A stretch of DNA of 58,457 nucleotides from Catajapyx aquilonaris (taxonomy: Eukaryota): NCBI GenBank assembly GCA_000934665.2, contig JYFJ02000112.1, forward strand, positions 124,001 through 182,457. Reading direction: 5' to 3'. A model generated the notes under the pieces. The model was not told the DNA's origin, did no database searches, and worked only from the letters and a program-made list of their open reading frames with translations. Both the position numbers and the translations under genes were made by a program. Shown one piece after another: positions 11,656 to 24,045 of the stretch (within the stretch, counting starts at the first letter, position 1; each line of letters begins with the position of its first letter).

Positions 11656-14150
11656 GACCACTTAGCTCAGCTGCCTTCTACCTCCTCCTCCGCCTCTTCT
11701 TCTTCCTGCTCTGGTCACCGCATGGTCGACGCAGATACTCAACCTCCACCACCCTGGAAACAGAACGTCGCAACATAACACATGTCGGCAGCACCCACGC
11801 ACCCACACAACAGACATTGCCCATATCCCACCGGGTCAATTTACGTAACTCGTGGAGGTCGTGCCTCGGAGGTGTGTGTTTCATACTCTTCGTGATAAGA
11901 CAGCTCGTGACTCTAATCCCCGACTAAGACAATAACCCTCCGAAAAGTCCTGTCCAGACCCCCAACTGGTTTCTTCAGGATCACCGACCCGGACAAGTGT
12001 CCAGCGGATTACACGGATCAGAATCGCCCTACATCGCCCCCCCCCCTTTTTTTTTTGAATAGGACCTGTATTTTCTAAACCTCTTAGTACAGGTGCTGGG
12101 GCTCCTCAATCAAAAGACAGCTCCCCTCTTGTCCCAACCCGCTGAAAAGGGAAGAAAATCCCTCAGCACCCGGGGTGTAATTTGTAGCCTGTGTCCCAGC
12201 AGGACGTCCCAATGGTCAGCCCATGGATAATAAAAAAAAGAAAGAAAAAGGTCACTTCAACTCAGTTAACATTCAGTTGGTCACGGCTCGGACTCTGAAA
12301 CCACCAGTCTTTTGCTTCTGCTGTCTGCTTGGTTTGTCCCTCCTTCGGTTTCCCCCAAAACCAAGGACGCCTGACGTCAAAGAATAAGTGGGAAATTATA
12401 CGTTAGACCTCTCTGGGAAACAGGAGGGCAGCCCCGTTTCTCCACCTTCAAAAACCACCATATAATGAAGGTCCCTCAGTGGCAAGATGCAGACCACGTG
12501 TGGGAGAGAGAAGAAGAAAAAAAAGAGAAGCTAATAAAGAAATCTTCATTTACTTCCCTGCTGTCATGACCTAACCTTGCAGAAAAGTTTTACTTGGATT
12601 TACCTATACGAACCTGTACCTGGCGGCATACCAGAACTTTTAAAAATAGCGGCTACTTGATTAAGGTCGGGACCCGAGTGAAGTGGTCTGGTTTATTGCA
12701 TACCCGACCCTTTTCAAAGTGGTGACAAACCGTGACAGACTCGAGGGTTGGCTAGCGGCACGGGTCTTCTTTCCACACTTTTGAACTACAAAGATTGATA
12801 GATTGCTTCGACACGCCTCCTTCTTTTCAACCCCTGATTTTTTTTTTCAGGTGCGTAAATACAAGCACATACTTTGTAAAAAAAATGCCCTTCGTTACCA
12901 TGTCAAACTGACAAGTGGTGAAAGGCCTCACTATGCAAGGAGGGGAAAAAAACGTGGAAAAAAAAATATTGCTCCCGACCCTTCTCCCCAAATTGAGATG
13001 TTTCCCATCGGGCCAAAGCCTCCTCGGAAAAAAAAATATCTCCGCCCCTTAAGAGGCCGATGGAACGGATAGATTTGCACAAGACAGTCCTCCTGGGAAT
13101 AATTGGAAGAGGATTCTGGACTAAACCCCCCTGAAGCACCTGAGGGTGTACACGGGGGTATTAAGAAAAACCTTCCTTTAAAAGAAGATATAGAGTCGAG
13201 GGGGGGTGGGTGAGACCCTTACTCCACTTCGTTTCTCGTTTTTCAAGTTCGTGAAAGAGTTTTTTTTCTTTTCTTTACACACCCCACCTCCAGTCCCCAC
13301 CCCATGCCTGCCAAGTGGGAGATCAGGGGGGATGTTATAAACTTGCACCTATAACACCCGCTTAATTTGTTAACTCGATGCTGCACTTTGGGGTGTACCA
13401 GATGGAAATTCGGTTGCACTTAAATAGTTAATGTTTATAGAGCTTTTTCACGCACCTGCCACTCACTTGTCACTTGCTTATTAACTCGCATGTCAGTCTG
13501 GCTTTTGAGGGGAATAATCAAGTGCCTCGCGCGAGAATTTTTATCATTGCCCAACTTTGTTGATGACCGTGTTACACCTTGTCATGCACGTCACAACCGG
13601 GGGGCACGTGCACAGAAATCTCAAGAAGGCACACCAAAAGAAGAAGAATAGTTTGACTCACGGCGAAGAAGAGGTCAGAAGCTGCCGAAGAATGCAATCA
13701 TCCTCATTCCAGCAGCCGACCATCACTGCATATCCTCCTGCTGCTCACCAACCCAACCAACCCCTTTTTTTCTTGAACCCTCCACCAACCACCACCACTG
13801 GTGGACCTCCAGCTCCTGGGTCTCTTCCAGACCCACTGAAGCAAGAGACCTTCCTTTTGCCCAGCTGCACAGCACCCCCTGCACAGACTTGCGCCCTCTG
13901 CACCACACAAAACACGGCCTCGTTTTTTTCTTCTTCTTCTACCCACTTCTTCTTTCTCCTTTTTAAAACATGTGGTTGGTGTGCAGTTGTTGGAGAGACG
14001 CCTCTTTTACATTCGCAAAATCAGAAGACCACCAACGGCATGATTGCAACCAATATGCACAGGTCACACATAAGAAAACGTTTTCTTATGGATTCATTTA
14101 TTTCATGCAAGTGGGCTGAGTCAGCAATGTTATGAATTATTATTATTATC

Positions 14151-14380
14151 AATTATTAACAATTGTTATTGTCGACTATAAATTATTAACAATTGTTATT
14201 GTCGACTATAAATTATTAACAATTGTTATTGTCGACTATAAATTATTAACAATTGTTATTATCGATTATCAATTATTAACAATTGTTATTATCGATTATA
14301 TATTATCAACAATTGTTATGATCGATTATAAATTTTTAACAATTGTTATTATCAATAATTATGAATTATTAACAATTGTT
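14151..14380. repeat. 30-bp tandem repeat (minisatellite), about 7.5 copies
   Basis: Unit AATTATTAACAATTGTTATTGTCGACTATA starts at 14151, 14181, 14211, 14241, 14271, 14301 and 14331, with a partial copy at 14364. Confidence 0.95.
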
Positions 14381-15387
14381 TTAGCAGTACACAAATGCAG
14401 TACAGTATTCTTATTATCTCTCCTACTTGCAGAGGTTTCTGTTACTGGTTGTCTGAGGCAATAGTGGCTTAAAAAAACTGTTATTAAATATTCTTCCAAC
14501 GTGCTACTCCGATGTTGATATGTCAAATTTGATGTCACCATTGTTATTGTGGATTGCTGCTAAGTAAAATGCTATTTGGACATTAAATGGAGAATAATGC
14601 TGATTAAATATTGAAGGATGATTGCAGTCACATATTAGGCCAATAAGGCATGGATACAGGTCTACTCATTCCCCTATGAAAAAAAGGTAATGAGCACAAC
14701 ACTCCAATTAAGGTCCAGATGATGTCACATTAGCATTATTCCAAATTAACAATAGTGACTTCAATAAATAGTATGATGATTAAATATTGCAAAATGGAAT
14801 GTAATGTTTTTAGTCAATATTGTCACAACGACCAGTAAGCAAGCATATCGTATACCAGGAAGAAATAGCATGCTATTGTATATAATTTCTATCTACATAA
14901 TTAGAATTTTAATCATATTTATTTCTGCATTCAAATGGCGTGTTACAATGGGCAAAAAAGTTTGGCCGAATATTAATATGATCGAATCAACCAATTACCT
15001 GGATATTTTTCACTCAAACATAATACTTATTATTGCAAATGAGCACTTGTGGTTCAACTCTAAAAATGTACCGGTAATAGTCATGAGAAATATGTGAAAG
15101 GAAGTGCCAAAGAAGTTCCGAGGCTCTCCTGACAAACATGCAACAACTTGTGGGATGATAATGGTAACAGTGGTAACCTATCTCCTTTAGGTTTGCTTAC
15201 TTACCAATAGGAACCAATCTGCAAATATACTCGTATCACTCTTTATCTTCTCGCATACATTTATTACTTCACTTGGACACAAGCAATCTGCACTCATGTT
15301 AACAAATAGAGACCTTTAAAATGTCATCACAGCATGATTTTATTGCAACAAAATGGTAGTAACAAAATGATTCCAATTTGCATCGTC

Positions 15388-17505
15388 TCAATTGGCATCT
15401 GGCAGGTGCCATTGCCAGGGGACTTCACCAGAAGGAGACATAAAGTACTCCGAGAACCACTCTCTCACAGCGCGGGCATGGTGACTATAGTTGTTTGCAT
15501 TTGTTGGCAAAAGGCCTTGTAGTCCTGACGTTGCTCTCATCGCCTCCTGCTTGCGCCATGTCCCTTTATGCCTTTGTCCAGTTTCATCAATGTAGTCAGC
15601 ATACCCTGAAGGACAGTAGTAATTGGACCTCTCCTCGTGGTAAGTTTCTTCAACCATCAAGAAGTTGTGTAACACAACACATGCCTGTGTCACCAGGTTA
15701 ATGTGGTCCAGCCCCAGAGTGATTTCTGACTTGAAAATCCGCCATCTCTGTGACAATATGCCAAAGGCATTTTCGCTGCATCGCCTGTCAAGAACATACA
15801 TTTCACAATTAATACATACGTAACAAGCAATTAAAAGCAATAGCTGATTTTTGCCATGCACTGCAGCTCTTTAGATTAAATACATACCTTGCACGACTAA
15901 GGCGATAATTGAAGATTCTTTTATGGGAGGTTAGCTTCTCGCTTGAATATGGTCGCATGAAATCAGGCCGTAGCTGGATGGTAGTACCTCCTACCAAAAC
16001 ATAGGGTGCTACCCTGCTAGATCGAGGGAGATTGGCAGCCCTGGGCAGCGTAACCACTCCATCTTCCAGACTTCTCCCCAAGGAAGATTCTTTAAATATG
16101 ACTGCGCGAGAGAATAAGCCAAAATTCCTCACATCCATGCTGATGAATTTGAACTGTGCATCCACCGCAGCCATGAGAACAACTGAATCCGTTTTCTGTA
16201 ATGATTGAAATTGTGTACAAACTATTAATTGTCGGAGGGTTGATCATATTGTGTGTTGAACAAGTACTGTTTGTGGACAATGCTGTTTATTTCGATTCCA
16301 CTTTCTCATCGATATTGTATCATTTATGATTTTAATTCAGATTCTACTGACATCTTTCCTATTCTCAAACCTTCTGCAATAAATAAATACAAACACTAAT
16401 ACCACATGTAATTGACATCAGCTGACATCGGTACTGGTAAAGACTTTGCAGACTGTTCCCTTATCAACATGAAACTTAGAATCTGCATTGCAGCAAATAG
16501 CATAATTTCTCCCAGTGTTAGCTGACTATGTTACTTATATTCACCTTGGCGTTTTGTTCGGTCACTATCTGTTTGGCATCGACAGCACCACAGCAATGGG
16601 GAAAATCCCATTTCTCATCAAATTCTTCTGCGATTCTTGACCAGTCAACAACTGTGAGATCCTACAATAAAAAATAATTTTGCAATAGTTATGTTCATTT
16701 TTGTCAATTACGGTACTAAAATTTTTAATATCATACAGCCCTTTAAGCGAAAGAAGGATCTGATGTCACACCAGCCGTGTTATCCGAGCATGCGCAGTAT
16801 TATGCTTGCAGAGTGATTCAGGGACATGATGAGAGGAAAGAGCTGGGTGGAGGCAGGGCTGAACGTGACGTCAGATCATTCTTTGGTTTAGCGGACTTTA
16901 CCTGGAGGTACGTAGGTTGCAACATATCCCAAATCACGGTGCATATCTCCCGGACAACATTACGCACAGTTGAAATGCGAATGCTAAATTCCATCGCAAT
17001 AGTGAAGAAACTTGCGCCCGTGGCCAAATACCTGCGGAATTAAAGTAGTTATTCTCATGTATTGGAATCACTGAAGACTGTCACATCTACCTCAAAGTGA
17101 TGGCCAACTTGTGACTTGGCGAGAGCATCTCTCGTGACAGTGTGTCTTGTGTAAGTCTGTCACGAATGAGATACTCCAGATGCTCAAACGTCTGAGGCGA
17201 CATGCGCATGTACCTCTTGTAATATGCAGGGTGTCCCTTCTCCAGCATCTGAATCTGAAATAATATTGAAGGGTAGTACAGACAGATCAATGTTTGTACT
17301 TTGTGACACTTACTGGATTGTGGCAATGCCCAAGAAGTGTCGTGCGTTGCTGGCACATCTGCTGGACCAAGTGAGGCCGCGGCTTCTCCCTTCTCTGAAC
17401 CAGCCTTTTCTTCCGGATAATCAGCCATTTCTTCAGCAGCAAGACCTTTTTCCTCAATAAAAGCTGTCTTCTAAACCAGTACTGGTAATCACTAGAAGCT
17501 GCCAT
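15388..17505 (-). CDS. PIF/Harbinger transposase-derived protein (HARBI1/ALP1-like, DDE_Tnp_4 family), intact, probably nuclease-dead, about 435 aa
   Basis: Exons 17505-17314, 17254-17091, 17031-16902, 16661-16545, 16195-15888, 15784-15388; GT-AG, in phase, no internal stops (1308 nt). Family motifs [98 protein letters not shown] on the minus strand at 15339-15344. The start codon is inferred. Confidence 0.88.
16736..16898. mobile_element. TA-targeting MITE (Tc1/mariner/pogo-like ends) in intron 3 of the Harbinger-derived gene
   Basis: 34-bp inverted ends 16736-16769 (CAGCCCTTTAAGCGAAAGAAGGATCTGATGTCAC) and 16865-16898 (reverse complement AAGTCCGCTAAACCAAAGAATGATCTGACGTCAC), 26/34 identical. 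TA at 16734-16735 and 16899-16900. Confidence 0.7.
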
Positions 17506-17755
17506 CTTGCCTATTCCCGCTCTCAAATAGTTTGCAAGAATTCTGCTCAGTGGCAGCATGTGCTTCATTGAAAAGGTAAGTGCTGCCATCAACATGGGGC
17601 CAAGATATTACTCTAATTATTACATGCCCTTAAGTGTCAAAAAAAATTGATGGAAGGAAAAAAAATAACGAAAATAAGGATTCTCATTAAAATGGAACGA
17701 TTTATTTCCCACTTTTCTAATACTATATATTTTTTTTGTCATATTAGAAAGCCAG

Positions 17756-17884
17756 GGGGTGGATTCATCAACCGTCACAAGTCTTTCTGTCGTAACCAGT
17801 CATAACCATAGTTAATTATTAGTAACTATGGTTACTACCAGTTACGATCAAAATATGACTTACGACATTTGATGAATCCACCCC
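17756..17884. mobile_element. Foldback MITE of about 129 bp with GGGG termini (PIF/Harbinger-like ends)
   Basis: GGGGTGGATTCATCAA pairs with TTGATGAATCCACCCC as a perfect 16-bp TIR. Inner stem TAACCATAGTTA/TAACTATGGTTA. Flanks are CAG and GAG. Confidence 0.75.
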
Positions 17885-18356
17885 GAGATGCATAATTTTT
17901 TTTGGTGCATACTTCGCTCGTCAGTCACTCGCTCAAATAATTTAAAACATATCATCAATTAATACTGTACACTACAGCTTGTGACACACATACCATACTT
18001 AATTCCTTGCATAATCTTCCAAAAAAGGTGCTCTTATCGTGGCCTACTTATTTTTTTTCAGCATTTGTACATTTGAAGCGACTTAAGTCTCGAGGCCTTC
18101 CTGACTTTGCATAGACAATGCCCTCCGCTCAAACATATTCTCACATAATTAATGAGTTTTTTTTTCCTTTCTTTTTTTTTTGCAAAATAAATACAATGCC
18201 TACACATGGAAGCTCATCCCCCCCTTCCCCTTGACAAAAATATATAAACCCGGCCCTTTATTTTTCCTGGACGTAAAACATAAATACTCTGATAAATAAA
18301 AAGCACCGTAACGAACATGTGATAATAATTTATGCCAATATTATCTAAGCGTGTCA

Positions 18357-21300
18357 TCAATGTCTTCCGAGACTGAGTTGCGGGCTGTTTCCAAACTGCT
18401 GTTGCCTGTCAGACAAGTCATGGAGCACAGTGGATTCATTGGTTGGATCAACCACACTTGTAATTTGGGCTTTGCAGAAAAAGCAATCGGTGTGGTTCAT
18501 TAGATGGTGGGCAATGCAGCTGCGGCAGGAGTGATGCTTGCAGGGCCTGAATTCTGCGGATATGGGATAGGCGTAGCAAATGGTGCACAGGTCATCTTCC
18601 GAGAGGGACAGACGCATGTGGGACATCACTTTCTGGTACTTCTCCAGGTGGGCAATAGTTGATTCTAGGAGGGACAGTTCTTCTTCAGACACATCAGACA
18701 GATCTAGAGAGGGGCAAAAATTCTGTAAAATTCCACACAGTGTACAAGTTTGCTGAATAAGGGCCAGTTGCACCAACCTCAGTATATCTTAGAACCTCGG
18801 GTATATCAAGAATTGCCATAGCAATCATTGTTGGTCAACAATGATATACTGAGGTCGGTGCAACTGGCCCTAAAAGACTGAAGGAAATCTCACAGCAGCG
18901 CAAAGAGAAGGCTTTTCCCTTGCTCCCAGCAGGTGCTGCGGATGCGCACATTGCTTCATCTCCCAACAGAAAATGCAGGGAAGCTAACTGGAAGCTTGGT
19001 TCACTCAGCAGTGCCTTGGTGGCCACAGGAACACCTCCATCGTCCTGGATCTGCACTTCACCCCCTATGTCACGGCACACTTCTGGCTCAATCAGTGCTG
19101 TTAAGATCCCTGCTGCTGCTGTCAGAACAGGGTAATGGCCGACAGTCTCTAAGCCAGGAATATCCAAGCCAATGACATGGTCGAAGCATCCAGACCTAGC
19201 AGGAGCAAAAGTCACAGTTGAATTAAATTCATGGGATCTCTCAGAAGCGCTGAGCACTACAATTTAGTATAACTATTCATGTAGCATTTGCATTTACACA
19301 CTAACCTGGAGCTAACCCGATTGAGCACCTGGCAGAGTAGCTGACAAAGACGGGACAGAAGCGGGTCTGATGTTGGTCTCCCTGGATCAATGAAGATGTC
19401 CAGAGCAACTTTCACAACCATCTCAAGAACCCTGAGCAGAGCCAAAGCCAGATCAAAGCAAGTGGCACAGATTTTCAACTGGCGGGACTCGATGAATATG
19501 CGCTCAGGGCGATTTGATGCATTCTGAATCTCCTGAAGCATCCCGATAAATTCAGAGAAAGCCCAATTGAGCTGATTCAGGAGGGAGTTCAAGAAGGCAG
19601 GGGCAAGGCGTTCATCCTCCAGGAGGAGACGCCCAACCAGGGCCTGGAACTCTGGGGACGGACATGGTTCTGAAAGTGCAGATTCAATTAGAAACAAAGA
19701 CCATACCTGTTAAAAAATAGGGAATATGACCGCACACTTACTGAGTGTTTGTGTGAAAGCAGCCGAGTCTCCTTGCATTTGCGCTTTCCCACCTGGCCCA
19801 TTCCCACTGCCAGACCCATTCCCACCTCCAGCAAGGTGAGGTGACTTTGTGTACCTGAAGCCATATCCGTTCCCCTGCCACATTCGCACTAAGATCCAGT
19901 TGCTCTGTGCCCAGGGCCTATTCTCGTAAGGTCTGAGCAGTGCCCTTGTCATGGCCTCCTTTCCATCTGGCTTCATCCTCTCCAGTGCTCTCAGGGTGGG
20001 CTCATGGCAGGCAAAGCTGGACAGGGCCTGGATCAAACTGTCTTTAGATTCAGCATGTACAACTCGGGGGTCTGCAAAGTGGGTGGATAAAAAGGAGGCC
20101 ACTCTCGTTAGGAGACTCTCGTGGTCTGGCACACGGGTCATAGGAGTCACTGGGTTGAAGTAAGTTCGGAGGGCATTGCACGACTCGATGGCAGCCTCCA
20201 GGTAAAAGCCTGGGACAAAACTGAAGAGGACACCTTCTTGTGATGCGGTTGTCAAGGTTGCAAGGACGCTTCTGAGCAGCCACGCCACCTTGAAATTCCA
20301 TTGCAAATTTCATAATGTTATGGTAAATCTACAAGGTGAAGTTTACAGATCAAAATGGCTCACAGTACACACCTGCTTCTGTTTCTCAGCAGAGTAGACC
20401 ACAGCAATGACCCAGGCCATATGCCTCGATTGTTCCGCCAGTTTCTCTCCAAACACAGCCCTGGAACGCACAAGCTGCTTCCGCACTTCCTGTTCCTCCT
20501 CTTCGCTCCCCTGCTTTGATCTTTCACCTGCACTCTCCAGCATGGCAGCCATTTTTCTCTCAGTCTCATCCAGTGCTTCCACATACTCCGCCATGTTCTC
20601 TCGTAGGGTGCTCACCTTTGCCAGCTGCTTATGGGCAGCAGCATGGTAAAGCATCACTATACCATCAAGAAGCTCTGTCAGAGATCGCTCAGAATCCATC
20701 TGCTGACATTCCTTGTCTGGAGCTGACGTTGCCAGTGATACCTCGCTCAGAACCTTTACGGAAGAAGTTGCCACATTAATACGTAAATCTTTGTGCCTGT
20801 GACAAACATCAGACTTTACATGTCCAAGTATCAGCAATTCCCAACAAAAAGCGAATGAAAGTGTGTGAAGTGTACCGCAGAAGCTGCTGAGTTCCTTCCT
20901 GCAACTCCTGCCTCCACCACATCTAGCAGCTGTTGCACATCAGCCATGACAGATATGACAAGAGAGCTTCCAGATCCTCCCACTCCACTTATGGCGTTGG
21001 AGACGGACATGAAGCTGGTACTGGAGGGTGGCTCGGGCGCCTCCTCTTCCTGCGGTGGGAGCTGTCCCCCTAAAGCTGTGGTTACCTCCTCCCTCAGTGC
21101 CTTCCTAAGGTGAGAGAGAACCCCACCTAGACGATCCACACCATGGTAGTTGATGGTCCCATCATAGAATGAGCGACAAGGGATATGAACTCTCTCAGGA
21201 TGGCCCACTTCCTCTGCCCACAGGGACCAAAAAGCAGCCAACAACCGATGGAAGCAGCACAAAGTTACTGGGAGTGGGGTCTGAAGCACAGAAGCACTCT

Positions 21301-23819
21301 AAAAAGAAACAGAACAGAGCCATTAAAATTGTACCAGAAACTCGCAGCTTGCAGATAATTGTTCCAATGAGTTGTAATGTGGGTGAACAATAATTATTGC
21401 TCTCTGGGTGGAAATAACCTTGGAAAAGTTATTTCTATTTTCGTTAGGAATGTCACATCTTAGCTACATTTCGAAGTCTCTGTGACCCTGAGATTACTCA
21501 CTCGAGTACTGCCACCAAGGAAGAGTCGGAACTTGCGAAGAAAGATGGACCTTGATGAGGGGTCCTTGTCATTACCGTCAGTGTTGACCAACAGTATGCG
21601 GAGCAGACGGACTTGCATAGACTCTATCTCTGCAAGATTATGGAAAAATGCATTTTGCGCACATACGGGACATGCATCTGGGTAGTGAGCAGTTTTGTAC
21701 AACATTTGGATTAAAACAAGTGCTAACAAAAACTGCAGACTTACCATCAACAGCGTCCTTAATTCTTCTGCAAGCATCATGGTATGCTTCCTCATCTCCT
21801 TTCGGTATGTGAAACCTGTGGCACTCCCACCACACCTTGGGAATAGCCTCACAGAGGCCTCTCTCATCCAGGGGCTTGACATGTACAAAACTGGGGAATC
21901 TGATCTTGTCAAAGAGGACATTCCTTAGCAAGTGCTTCCTGGTCTGAGTGTGCTCCAGGAGGGCAAGCAGACATGACAGACTCTGCTTCTGGTGAGGGAA
22001 GTCCAGGGAGGACGGTGCATGGCGATAGGAAGTCAACAAGCATATCACCACCCCTTCCAGGCAGCGCTTCAGCTCGAACTCCTGGCAAAGTTCATTAAAC
22101 GACGAAGAAGGTGGAATAGCCATGAACGTCATTCAGAAGGGGTTTATATAAACGGAATCAATTTATATAAAACGATGAAATGTCACCTCACCTCCAGGAA
22201 GGTCCAGAGCATGTCAAGGAGTGCCATGAGCCCCGGGTGTGGTCCAACTAGTATGTTATGCCTGGCACACGATTGTTGTAGAAGGGGCACCAGGCATGCT
22301 TCTGTGATGTATGGGGAAGAAAGTAGGGGAGCCAGGTGGTGGAAGATCTGCGCAGAGATGGCCAGGAAGATGGCTCGGGAGGACGGAGGGGGAGACATGT
22401 CCGTGGAGGAGGTGGGAGGAGTCACAACAGTCAGTGGCGTCAGCGGGTGCCTCAGGGCAGCGCAGTACAGGGGCAAGTACCTCTCCAGCCAGCGGCAAAG
22501 GAGTGAAGCCCTGCACAAGTCTAACTCAGGAGGGTCTTGGAGAGGCCTGAACCCACGGACGGGGTACTTGAACGGGGTGGAACCAAAGTTGGCCACTAGG
22601 TTCTCCGTATATGCCAAGCTCACCGCTGGGAAGTAAGCCAGGCCTGGACCAGTGCGAATGTGATCAAATGCAACACCCATGGAGCGGCCATTCCTTTGAA
22701 ATAAATGTGGAGATTATTAGTATTTGCACCAGTAATAATTTAACGAAGCTCTTTACTTTTCTGTCTTGCTATTGCAACAATATTCACATGCTGACTATTT
22801 TAATAATAATCTATGTGAGCAACTTATTCTGATATTTGGATTATAAATGTATTGTTATGTGACTTACCTAAAGAATTCAACCTCGCCCCGATCAAGATCA
22901 ACAGTGCAACTGATGATGTCCCCGCTGAGCCATGCCTCTCCATACTTGTATGTTGACATGTTCCACTTACGAAGTCGATTTCCATCATACGCATACGAAT
23001 CAGCTGTGTCGCCTGCAAAAAAGTCACGTTGAATACTTATTTTCATTACTTGACAACTTCAGTCTCCACCAGCAAAATTCCTTTAAAATACGCAAATGCA
23101 TAAAAATTATACAAAATTCAGAATTCTAACAAAATATATGAACACCTGGTCCAATGTAGAAATTACCTTGGTTCAATTTTGATAATTTTTAGAATTCAGC
23201 ATTTTCAGATTGACTTCTAAATCGGATGTGATAAAATTATCACGTGATAAGTGATCAATATAACATAACGATTTAAGCTACAGTACGACCAGACTTACCG
23301 ACCCCCTTTTCCTGTGAGAACTTGCAGTCAATGGTAGCCCACCCAATCTGCATGACTCCCTTGGAGCCCAGCTGCAACTCATACTGCCATTTCCCCTGGC
23401 ACACGCACACGTTGGCCCGCATGGAACTGAAATTGCTCTGCGAGTTCAGGCTGAGCCGGTCGTTCCCAATAATGAACGTCCCCACATGCGATCCCACATC
23501 AAACCTGACCCTCGCTGGACCAATCCTTCCCGGTGGGGGTGTCGCCTGGATGGAACCTGGGCATGATCTGTCCAGCGCAGCCGATATGCTTGCCTTCAAC
23601 TTCTCCAGACTAGACACAGTTCTGAAATGCAACGGTACGGCTTAGTGTGTTCTGCCCAAAAGGACACTGCATATGTTCCGCTTCCTTATTATCCGGAGTA
23701 TATGTTTCTTACATTGCGTGGTTCCCTGATCCGACTGTCTTGTCCTGCAGGAGCAGTCCAGCCTCAGGGAAGACAAACTGGCGGCCAAACACATGCGATA
23801 TGATCCGATCCACCTCCAT
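18357..23819 (-). CDS. RNF123: E3 ubiquitin-protein ligase RNF123 (KPC1): N-terminal SPRY domain, C-terminal RING, about 1301 aa
   Basis: Exons 23819-23713, 23621-23299, 23012-22868, 22693-22192, 22081-21745, 21629-21502, 21298-20876, 20753-20373, 20288-19742, 19669-19306, 19195-18894, 18703-18357; in phase (3906 nt). SPRY motifs [33 protein letters not shown] and [15 protein letters not shown]. Conserved [17 protein letters not shown] and [61 protein letters not shown]. The acceptor at 20753 and the start codon are less certain. Confidence 0.95.
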
Positions 23820-24045
23820 TCCCAAAGCACCAAATGTTCCTTTTTTTTTTTCCTCCTCCCCAATCCTCTTCTTCTTCTTCTTGTTCCAGTAACCGTCTGC
23901 TATCAGCCCCAATGCAGTGCGGCCCTCTGGCGGAACAAGGAAGTGTCAATTATTATCATAATTATTGGCTAAATTGCACACATTAAATTTAGATAAAAAT
24001 TAATTTCGCATACCTTAAATCTGTAAAATATTTACAGAGCCAACT

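Noticed and set aside
13557..14135. 192-aa plus-strand ORF
   Set aside because: Low complexity, non-ATG start, no domain, and it overlaps the inferred shifted 5' region.
14132..14464. 110-aa repetitive ORF, and a CRISPR-like look to the 30-bp repeat
   Set aside because: The ORF is a by-product of a stop-free 30-bp unit. The units are contiguous with no unique spacers, there are no cas genes, and the context is eukaryotic.
14465..15387. Search for a Myb/SANT/MADF partner ORF and a TIR matching 17756-17884, which would make an autonomous Harbinger
   Set aside because: No Trp-spaced Myb-like ORF or matching TIR was seen, and the 17756-17884 element is self-contained.
16403..16482. Possible extra cassette exon in intron 4 of the Harbinger-derived gene
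   Set aside because: The 80-nt version breaks the frame. The 48-nt version needs a weak GTACCG donor and does not resemble the missing SGSxYFNYK loop.
21992..22636. 214-aa plus-strand ORF and other ORFs antisense to RNF123 or shifted exons
   Set aside because: These are shadow ORFs opposite real coding exons, with no recognisable domain.
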